The notes below the pieces were generated by a model. The model was not told the origin of the DNA and searched no databases. It saw only the letters and a list, made by a program, of their open reading frames with translations. Positions 57,111 to 64,000 of a stretch of 64,000 nt of DNA are shown in pieces (position 1 is the first letter of the stretch; each line of letters begins with the position of its first letter). The stretch is from Patescibacteria group bacterium (GTDB taxonomy: Bacteria > Patescibacteriota > Dojkabacteria > J137): assembly GCA_016861265.1 (NCBI GenBank), contig BOLA01000001.1, positions 1,023,745 through 1,087,744 of the forward strand, read 5' to 3'. Both the position numbers and the translations under genes were made by a program.

Positions 57111-57461
57111 ATGAAGTACCTGTTTGTAGCTCCATCGTTAACTCCACCAACATACGAAACCTTCGAGCAGCAAGTTTATAAATCATTCTCTAAAGTTGAT
57201 AAACTCATGTCAAATGAGGAAGCCACACTTAGAGTATCTGTTTCTAAAGAAGGGGAAGAATTTTGCGTTACTGCCGAATTATGGAATTCTGAGAATCTAT
57301 TGTCAAAAGAAAAGAACCGGGATTTAAGGGCAGCGGTAGATGTTGTTTCTAAGGAAATTAAAAATCAACTCTTAAAAAAGAAAGATAAAAAAGGTCTTAG
57401 AAAAATGAATGAAAAAATAAAAGATTTAAGAAACAAGCTGCTTAGTAGAAATGTGGAATAA
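57111..57461 (+). CDS. hpf: ribosome hibernation-promoting factor / RaiA family (short form)
   Basis: ...ATLRVSVSKEGEEFCVTAELW...RDLRAAVDVVSKEIKNQLLKKKDK matches the YfiA/HPF beta-alpha-beta-beta-beta-alpha pattern and C-terminal basic tail. Confidence 0.6.
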   Translation: MKYLFVAPSLTPPTYETFEQQVYKSFSKVDKLMSNEEATLRVSVSKEGEEFCVTAELWNSENLLSKEKNRDLRAAVDVVSKEIKNQLLKKKDKKGLRKMNEKIKDLRNKLLSRNVE

Positions 57462-57532
57462 ACTCTTGTGTAGCCAAGGGAATTCTATTAAAATCAGTGT
57501 AGTCTAAATAATTTACATTTTAAAAAGATACC

Positions 57533-57952
57533 ATGAAAAGACTAGCAAGCAAGGCTATTGCAGCTGGAGCGACTATTGTAGGTTCCTCTATTGCATTTGC
57601 AACAACAGTTGCAGCACAAACTTACTCATATGACTACACACCATACACAACATACAGTGCAGGTGATGCAGCAGCCGGTGGATTATTCGCCACATTCGGA
57701 ATTGCTCTGTATTGCTGTATTGCATGCGTACCACTAGTTATATTAGTTGCCTTGGCTTACTATGTATACAAAGATGCTCAGAAGAACAATGTTGAAAACG
57801 CAGCACTGTGGGCTGTATTAACATTCTTTACAGGATTAATCGGATTATTAATCTACTTCTTAGCAATTAGACCAGATGCTATTAAGAAAATGGAATCAAA
57901 AGGTGTAACACACTCTGAACCAGTAAAAGTAGAAGAACCAAAAGCTGAATAA
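57533..57952 (+). CDS. small membrane protein (signal peptide + 2 TM, CCIAC motif)
   Basis: Hydropathy. Followed by a strong terminator. Confidence 0.5.
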   Translation: MKRLASKAIAAGATIVGSSIAFATTVAAQTYSYDYTPYTTYSAGDAAAGGLFATFGIALYCCIACVPLVILVALAYYVYKDAQKNNVENAALWAVLTFFTGLIGLLIYFLAIRPDAIKKMESKGVTHSEPVKVEEPKAE

Positions 57953-57966
57953 TTTTTCAGATATTA

Positions 57967-57998
57967 AAAAGCCCCTCTTAGGAGGGGCTTTTTGTTTT
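57967..57998. terminator. bidirectional rho-independent terminator
   Basis: aaaaa-gcccctc-ttag-gaggggc-tttttgtttt. Confidence 0.75.
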
Positions 57999-58004
57999 CT
58001 TATA

Positions 58005-58550
58005 TTAGTAACCCGCCTGTTTAAAAAATTCAATTAAATTACTAATATGCTCGTTTATAGGAATGTTTATCATTTGTGTACCATTTGTAATATCTTCCCT
58101 ACTTACATTCGCAGCAAACCGCTTATCCTTTAATCTTTTACTTACAGAGCTGGCTTGCATATCGCTTAGTCCATTTGGTCGAATTAGGCTTACTGCATTA
58201 ATAAAACCAGATAGCTCGTCGCAGGCAAATAAGAATTTTTCGATTTGGCTTTCAGGGGTTTTTCCCGTTCTGCTGGTTGCATGAGCTTTGACAGCTTCGA
58301 TTACAGCATTTGAATAGTTCTTTTGAGGTAGAATATTAGTTACCGCATAATTTGGATGTTCGTCAGGATATTTTTCCCAGTCAATATCATGAACCATGCC
58401 TGCTGACCACCATTCCTCAATTTCATCGGCTGGTAAATTCAACTTTCTGGCATATCCTTCCATTGCTACTGCAACCATTTCGCAATGTCTATATAATGCT
58501 TCGTTTTTAATATATTCCTTTACTAGATCAATTGTTTCCTGTCTTGTCAT
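58005..58550 (-). CDS. HD-domain phosphohydrolase
   Basis: ...HCEMVAVAMEGYARKL...SAGMVHDIDWEKYPDEH... gives an H...HD...D metal-binding pattern. Confidence 0.55.
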   Translation of the reverse strand: MTRQETIDLVKEYIKNEALYRHCEMVAVAMEGYARKLNLPADEIEEWWSAGMVHDIDWEKYPDEHPNYAVTNILPQKNYSNAVIEAVKAHATSRTGKTPESQIEKFLFACDELSGFINAVSLIRPNGLSDMQASSVSKRLKDKRFAANVSREDITNGTQMINIPINEHISNLIEFFKQAGY

Positions 58551-58566
58551 ATTTTTATTATAAAAT

Positions 58567-59649
58567 TTAGAAAGGTTCAGAATATAAAATAAATCCGTTT
58601 AATCCGTAGCTTTTTGCTAGGTCTTTTAAACTAGATATTTGTGTTAGGCTTGGGTAAACAAGGTAGTTGATATTACCATTTAATAGCAATTGTCCCAAAT
58701 TTTCTCCATTGTCTAAGTTTCTAACAAGTTTAAAATCAGTACTGCTTAAATATTGATTGAGTTCATTTTCCCCAATAATAATTACTTGTTGCGAGTCTAA
58801 TACATAGTTATACAAGTACTGAGAAGCAAATGATCTGTTAGCCCACATATATGCCCTATTATTTATTACCAAGTCTATTTTTAATCTGCTTAAACCTTTA
58901 GAAATATAATACTTAATTGAGTCTCTAGTAAGTTCTGGGATTGTTATAGGACCAGCACTAGATGAATTTACAGAAGTATAGCCATATGCACTAATTCTAA
59001 CTTTATTGCATAGATTATTAAGAATTTCTATTGATGCACTAGATTTATAAAATCTTGAAACTGAGTCTAAATATGTATAATCCATATTATCCGACCATTT
59101 TAGTGGTAATCCAATATTAATTCTAAGATTTGTAGGGTTTAGATTCGATAGAATAGTTTTCACTACATCTTCAATATTTTTTACTTTATTTACAATACTT
59201 ACATCTATGTCAATTTCGGTAAGATTTTCCTGTTTTACCTTTGAAGTTATTAGACTAATTATTGCTGAGTCTTCAAGATCCGCAGAATTAATATCGGTGT
59301 AGAACATTGGTACAATAACTGGCTTTGCATCTTGGGTATAATTTTCAAGAATTGTATTATCGGTAATTTTGTATGCAGGTTGAATTATGACTTGTGATTG
59401 GGTATCTGAATTACTATTAAAAGTACTCTCACTAAAGTTGGGGTTATCCTGAGGTTTTATTAATGAATCCAGCGTTAGACTTTCAGCTTGAATTTTGCTT
59501 ATCGAGTTGTCGTTAACATCTACTCTTACATCAACATAATTAATCTCTTCTTTAAATCGAAGGTTATAAAGGTAGTAAATTAATACTCCTAAAGCAGTTA
59601 TGGTGAGTAGTTGAAATAGTATTATTGTTGTTAAGGCCTTTTTAAGCAT
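58567..59649 (-). CDS. hypothetical membrane-anchored extracytoplasmic protein (360 aa)
   Basis: N-terminal TM TTIILFQLLTITALGVLIYYLY. No motif recognised. Confidence 0.45.
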   Translation of the reverse strand: MLKKALTTIILFQLLTITALGVLIYYLYNLRFKEEINYVDVRVDVNDNSISKIQAESLTLDSLIKPQDNPNFSESTFNSNSDTQSQVIIQPAYKITDNTILENYTQDAKPVIVPMFYTDINSADLEDSAIISLITSKVKQENLTEIDIDVSIVNKVKNIEDVVKTILSNLNPTNLRINIGLPLKWSDNMDYTYLDSVSRFYKSSASIEILNNLCNKVRISAYGYTSVNSSSAGPITIPELTRDSIKYYISKGLSRLKIDLVINNRAYMWANRSFASQYLYNYVLDSQQVIIIGENELNQYLSSTDFKLVRNLDNGENLGQLLLNGNINYLVYPSLTQISSLKDLAKSYGLNGFILYSEPF

Positions 59650-60091
59650 TTAATGCTTCTTGTGTATCTAAAATAATATTTACCATCTTATCGGCTATCT
59701 TATTTTGTGCCCTTGGAACATGGGTAAATGTTATTTGCTTAAATTCTTTTTTCAATTCAACAATTTTATTGAATAAAGGCTTTATGTCTGGACTAGATAT
59801 TTTATATTGTCCTGTAACCTGTTTTACAACTAACTCACTATCAAGATAACATTCAAGCTCTTGGGTATGTTTTTTTGCGAGTTTTAGACCATCTATTAAA
59901 GCGTTATATTCTGCATAATTATTTGTAGCAGTACCTATGAATTTTGCACCAATATCAACTAATTCACTTTCACTGTACAAAACAAAAGCTATTGCACTGT
60001 TGCCGGGATTTCCTCTTGAACCCCCATCTGTAAATAATTTAAATGACATATCTATAATTGATTTATAAAATAAGTTACGTTTCTTATCCAT
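59642..60091 (-). CDS. rnhA: ribonuclease HI
   Basis: LFTDGGSRGNPGNSAIAFVL... plus a C-terminal DEDD-type arrangement (...ADKMVN...). Confidence 0.8.
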   Translation of the reverse strand: MDKKRNLFYKSIIDMSFKLFTDGGSRGNPGNSAIAFVLYSESELVDIGAKFIGTATNNYAEYNALIDGLKLAKKHTQELECYLDSELVVKQVTGQYKISSPDIKPLFNKIVELKKEFKQITFTHVPRAQNKIADKMVNIILDTQEALNA

Positions 60092-60672
60092 TGTGATTTA
60101 TCGTCACTTGGTCCCGCATATTTATTGATTATACAGGTTAAGTCGTTATTGCATGGAACAATAAATCTCTGAGTAATTACACAAGATAAGAATGTGAGTG
60201 AATCGTTCCAATCTGCATACTGTTTACCATCAAGGTAACCATATGGATTGTACAGTTTGTAAGGCACTCTTCCTAGTCCTGATTCATTACCGGCAATACC
60301 TATTAGTACTCTATAATCTGCATCTCCATTACTGCAATCTTCAACTCTTCTAAGTATTAGTTCAGCATATCCTTGCATAGGTGAATTATATCTAGCGAAT
60401 AAATCTTCAATTCGATTAATTTTGTCTTGTCTTTCTTTTTCCGCAATCTTTTGCTTTTGTTCAATCTTTAGTCTTCCTATACTGTCAACAACTGGATCTG
60501 CAGCAATAAACTCTTCTGTCGGTTTATAAGACAATGAACTTATATAAGAAACATTTGGGTTATATGTTATTCTTTGGGGTTCGCTATATCTATAGAATAG
60601 ATCTGTGATTACTAACAGCGAAACTAAGCAAATAGAAATGTAAAACCATTTTTTGATAAATTTTGTCTTCAC
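60052..60672 (-). CDS. hypothetical N-terminally anchored protein (206 aa)
   Basis: TM helix FYISICLVSLLVITDLFY. No motif recognised. Confidence 0.45.
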   Translation of the reverse strand: MKTKFIKKWFYISICLVSLLVITDLFYRYSEPQRITYNPNVSYISSLSYKPTEEFIAADPVVDSIGRLKIEQKQKIAEKERQDKINRIEDLFARYNSPMQGYAELILRRVEDCSNGDADYRVLIGIAGNESGLGRVPYKLYNPYGYLDGKQYADWNDSLTFLSCVITQRFIVPCNNDLTCIINKYAGPSDDKSQWIRNVTYFINQL

Positions 60673-60692
60673 CTGTATTGTATTACTAACTT

Positions 60693-61898
60693 TTAATCTC
60701 TTTTCTTAGACAGTAAAGTCAGTATATCAGATTCTTGATTTTGCATAAAATCTGCAAGAAGACTGGAATCAAGTGATACAAAGTTAAATCTTTTTGGTTT
60801 TATTTTTAATATATTCATTGCATAGCTAACTTGGGAGCCAAATGCAATCTTATAGCAATCTTTTGAAGTCGACAAAGCAATATATTCTCCAATAGCTTCT
60901 GTTCCTTTATTGAACTGCTCATTTGTAAATAGACCCATTGTTCCTTGCCATATTACTAAATTCGAAGCCTCTATTATTTCCCTATAACTTACTAGAGTCT
61001 TAGGACCAATATCTAGACTTATTAGGTCTTTATTTATTTGCTGTGTAGGAACTTCAATTACTTTCTTGCTTTCGTCTTTTGAATTTGCACACAAATGATC
61101 TACTGGCATTATTATTTCGCATCCTGATTTTTTTGCAGATTTAATTATCTTATTAACCTTTGTTAATACTTTTGATTCAGGGCTAAAAGTTCCCGTTTTA
61201 ACTCCATTAGCATTCAAGAAATATAGTGATGGTTGTCCGCCAAGTAATATTTTATTTTTACCCGCAGAGGCGATCTCTAATAGTGAGATACTCTTATTTA
61301 TATTTTCATCACCAATAATTAATGTATAAGGATTTCTTGCCTTTTTTAAGACTTCTTTTGCTATCTCAATTTCTTGCTCTAAGTGTAGCCCCATGTAGGT
61401 AGGTAGCTTTGTGGCAATCGCTGATACAGAAGCGACATTGTAGTCCATTCCATAGCCTTCGAATATGTATAGGTCAGCCAATCTTACCAATGTTTGCATA
61501 TACTCGGTTCTGTCAGCCTCTTTTTTACTTGTCTCGAATGGTGAAAACTTTAAATTTTCCAACATAAGAACCTCACCAAAGTCCATGAATTTTATAGAAT
61601 TTTCGCAGGCTGAAATATTTGCAAATTTAATCTGCTTTTCAAGGATTCTGCCTAATGCAAATCTAACATCCATTAGAGATAAACTATCCTCAGTTTTACC
61701 TTTAGGTTCACCAATGTGGGAAAGAAGAATTACCTTACAGTTGTTCTTAAGCAAATGCTCAATGGTAGCTACTGAAGATCTAATTTTAGAGTCGTCAATA
61801 ATAGTTCCATCTATTACAGGAACATCATAATCTACTCTAACCAAAACAGTTTTATTAACTAAGTTCGCATTTTTTAGCGATTTTGGTAAATTTTTCAT
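60693..61898 (-). CDS. pgk: phosphoglycerate kinase
   Basis: N-terminal ...LVNKTVLVRVDYDVPV...KVILLSHIGEPKG and overall PGK length. Confidence 0.85.
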   Translation of the reverse strand: MKNLPKSLKNANLVNKTVLVRVDYDVPVIDGTIIDDSKIRSSVATIEHLLKNNCKVILLSHIGEPKGKTEDSLSLMDVRFALGRILEKQIKFANISACENSIKFMDFGEVLMLENLKFSPFETSKKEADRTEYMQTLVRLADLYIFEGYGMDYNVASVSAIATKLPTYMGLHLEQEIEIAKEVLKKARNPYTLIIGDENINKSISLLEIASAGKNKILLGGQPSLYFLNANGVKTGTFSPESKVLTKVNKIIKSAKKSGCEIIMPVDHLCANSKDESKKVIEVPTQQINKDLISLDIGPKTLVSYREIIEASNLVIWQGTMGLFTNEQFNKGTEAIGEYIALSTSKDCYKIAFGSQVSYAMNILKIKPKRFNFVSLDSSLLADFMQNQESDILTLLSKKRD

Positions 61899-61979
61899 AC
61901 CAATGATTATAACACCAATGGGTAATTAAATCCACGTTTTTAGACCATTTATGATATGTTTTTGATATATCTTTGCTGC

Positions 61980-62009
61980 CTAAAAAGGGCATCTTAATTG
62001 ATGCCCTTA
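61980..62009 (-). terminator. rho-independent terminator of serS (minus strand)
   Basis: Minus strand reads agggcatc-aattaa-gatgccct followed by ttttta. Confidence 0.65.
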
Positions 62010-62033
62010 TATATACATTTGTATACAATACTT

Positions 62034-63389
62034 TTAGCCGATAACCGACTTCCCAACAAAATCTTGTAGAGCCTCTGGAACCAATAGCTTACCATCTTGA
62101 GTCTGGTAATGCTCGATAATTGCTATTAAAAGCCTGTGTGTTGCTCCAGTATCGTTTAAAGTGTAAGCATATTTTAGGTTGTTTTCTGAATCCTTATACC
62201 GAATATTTAGTCTTCTTGTTTGATAGTCGGTAGTAATACTATCCGACATTACTTCCATATATTCTCCTGCCGATGGCAACCAGACTTCTACATCGTATTT
62301 CTTAGCTGCAGCAAAGTAGCCTAAGTCGCCGGTACACATATTAATTACATGATAAGGAAGTTTTAGGGTCTGTAATAACCATTCATTTAACGATAACAAA
62401 TACTCGTGCATTTCTCTTGCCTTATCTATATTTGCCTCCGTTATCACATTCATTTCTAATTTATCGAATTGATGGGTTCTTTTTATTCCTCTTACATCCT
62501 TACCCCATGAACCTACTTCCGATCTAAAACATGGTGTTTGAGCCATTACCTTAACTGGTAAGTCTTTTTCAATTAGAACAGAATCAGCAAAGTAAGCAAA
62601 ATTACTTGGCTCAGAAGAGCCTATTAAGTATAGTTGATTATTATCTTCAAGATATTTGCTTTCAATTTTGTATATTTGATCTGCATCTCCAGGTATTTGG
62701 CTGGAACCGTATAGTGCTCTTTCCTTAACTAGAACAGGAACTATCATTGGGTCAAATCCATCTTGTATTAGTTTCCGCATTAAAAGATTAAATACTCCCA
62801 TTATTAAAAGAGCGCCCTCTTTTTTTATATAATAGAATCTGCTACCAGACACCTTTGCACCTGCCTCTAGGTCAATAATATCTAAAGCTTTACCAAGTTC
62901 CCAATGAGGTTTTACTGCAAAATCTGCCCCTCCATTAGCTGCAAATTTGGACATATGTTCACCACTTCCTTCTGCCGCACTAAGTTTCTCAATCGGCAGG
63001 TAGCCATTTACAGGTTCCCACGCCTTAAACTCAATATTATCGTCGGCTCCTTTACCTATAGGTACTTCCGTAAATGGGATATTCGGAATCCAGTCCATTA
63101 TTGTTTGCCACTGTGTAGTAATGTCGGCTAATTGTTCGTTTAGCTTGTTGCTTTCTTCTTTTAATCTTTTTCCATCCTCACGTAAACCTTCCACATCTCC
63201 CGATTTTCCTCTTTCTGCAAGTTTGTTCTTTTCTCTATTAATTTGATCTAGTTGTAATAAAACTTCCTTTCTTTGTGAATCAAGTTTTAGCCATAAATCT
63301 ACATCCACTTTTTCGGAGGAAGCTCTGCCTATGTTTACAAGTTCTTTTATTTTCTCTGCATTCTGCCTTATATAGTTAGGATCCAACAT
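62034..63389 (-). CDS. serS: seryl-tRNA synthetase
   Basis: N-terminal coiled-coil MLDPNYIRQNAEKIKE... and a class II core (...FRSEVGSWGKDVRGIKRTHQFDKLEM...). Confidence 0.9.
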   Translation of the reverse strand: MLDPNYIRQNAEKIKELVNIGRASSEKVDVDLWLKLDSQRKEVLLQLDQINREKNKLAERGKSGDVEGLREDGKRLKEESNKLNEQLADITTQWQTIMDWIPNIPFTEVPIGKGADDNIEFKAWEPVNGYLPIEKLSAAEGSGEHMSKFAANGGADFAVKPHWELGKALDIIDLEAGAKVSGSRFYYIKKEGALLIMGVFNLLMRKLIQDGFDPMIVPVLVKERALYGSSQIPGDADQIYKIESKYLEDNNQLYLIGSSEPSNFAYFADSVLIEKDLPVKVMAQTPCFRSEVGSWGKDVRGIKRTHQFDKLEMNVITEANIDKAREMHEYLLSLNEWLLQTLKLPYHVINMCTGDLGYFAAAKKYDVEVWLPSAGEYMEVMSDSITTDYQTRRLNIRYKDSENNLKYAYTLNDTGATHRLLIAIIEHYQTQDGKLLVPEALQDFVGKSVIG

Positions 63390-63559
63390 TCTGGCTAAAA
63401 TAATATGTAATAAGCGAATTATACAATATTTTGAGTAATTTACATTCTAATCACATGTATCAAAAAATGACTTTCTAATTATAATAAAAACTAATTTTTA
63501 CAATGTGCTTACATTTGTGTATTTTCGTGGCTAAATGCCTAAAATTAGACATTAATTAA

Positions 63560-63728
63560 TTGATTAGCTATAATTACTTATATTTACGTTGATTGCTAGT
63601 GGCGCAGCAGGAGTAAATTAAACAATTTAAAGGTGCCTGAATTAAATTCAGGAATTTGGGTGGAACCGCGGTAAAAACCGTCCCTTGTATTTAAGCAATA
63701 GCTTGGAATACAGAGGACGGTTTTTTTA
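63560..63728 (+). promoter_or_regulatory. T-box riboswitch leader (antiterminator/terminator resolved; Stem I boundaries approximate)
   Basis: T-box sequence AATTTGGGTGGAACCGCGG at 63652-63671 (consensus AANNNGGGUGGNACCGCGG). The antiterminator is GGG[UGGAACC]GCGG-UAAAAA-CCGU-CCC. The competing terminator ccgtccc...gaggacgg plus TTTTTTT lies at 63678-63727. A hairpin cctgaat-taaa-attcagg sits upstream. Confidence 0.7.
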
Positions 63729-63735
63729 TTTGTTT

Positions 63736-64000
63736 ATGGTAAGTTTCGCTAAAAGATTATCCGAATTGCAGAATGTGCAATGGGATAACGAAGATTGTGC
63801 TGAACAAATTGACAATAGCCTAAAGGATTTTTTAATTTATCCGGACTATTTTGCCGGTTTTCTGGTTGAGGCTTTTACAAAAAATAATACAGAAATAATT
63901 GAACAACTCAGAGGTATTTTGTTTTTTATTGTGCATAGATACCCAGAAATATTTATACTGATAAGAATATCTGTTGATTGTTTTGGGGAAACAGTAGATA
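63736..64000 (+). CDS. hypothetical protein, 5' part (runs off window)
   Basis: ATG at 63736, 8 nt after the T-box terminator U-tract. The 88 codons to the window end are open and carry no aaRS signature. Confidence 0.4.
   Translation, partial: MVSFAKRLSELQNVQWDNEDCAEQIDNSLKDFLIYPDYFAGFLVEAFTKNNTEIIEQLRGILFFIVHRYPEIFILIRISVDCFGETVD

Noticed and set aside
63652-63671. Whether the GGGTGGAACCGCGG motif could instead be an SRP-RNA or tRNA-like fragment
   Set aside because: The flanking antiterminator/terminator architecture, including the mutually exclusive pairing of ccgtccc and the U7 tract, is specific to T-box leaders. No tRNA cloverleaf or SRP domain IV can be drawn.
1-64000. Searched by eye for CRISPR arrays (regular 25-40-nt direct repeats with unique spacers), IS-element terminal inverted repeats, transposase or integrase ORFs, and rRNA
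   Set aside because: None seen. All long ORFs have other assignments and no regularly spaced repeats were found.

Overview
The window is AT-rich (roughly 30-35% GC by eye), standard-code bacterial DNA with short intergenic spacers and many overlapping start/stop codons. Three tRNA genes, six clear rho-independent terminators (two weaker candidates listed separately) and one T-box riboswitch are visible. The housekeeping backbone is clear: uppS, uppP, inorganic pyrophosphatase, ychF, rarA, murF, ddl, dcd, rnhA, pgk, serS, hpf, an RlmI-like rRNA methyltransferase, a DHH/DHHA1 phosphoesterase, a P-type ATPase and two ABC exporters. No integrase, transposase or CRISPR array was seen. Several blocks look accessory or unusual: (i) a tightly overlapping six-gene minus-strand operon (1-7500) running PLP group-II decarboxylase, large protein with choline/aminoglycoside-kinase-like C-terminus, (D/N)PPF amino-methyltransferase, GT9, GT2, HD phosphohydrolase, which is a candidate undescribed amine-phosphate/glycan decoration pathway; (ii) an AbiJ-like HEPN gene plus a start-less Zn-ribbon ORF beside a tRNA-Ser/tRNA-Cys pair; (iii) a roughly 2.2 kb island of about 50% GC holding a single ABC exporter behind a structured leader with a 25-codon uORF; (iv) a UvrD-like helicase fused to a RecB/Cas4-type Fe-S nuclease, convergent with two unknown proteins; (v) an orphan LigD-type primase-polymerase domain; (vi) a UvrB reduced to its C-terminal half next to dcd and a 608-aa protein with a ThyX-like C-terminus; (vii) a T-box leader in front of a non-aaRS-looking gene. 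Gene content would fit a small-genome bacterium (possibly Patescibacteria-like), but this cannot be established from sequence alone.
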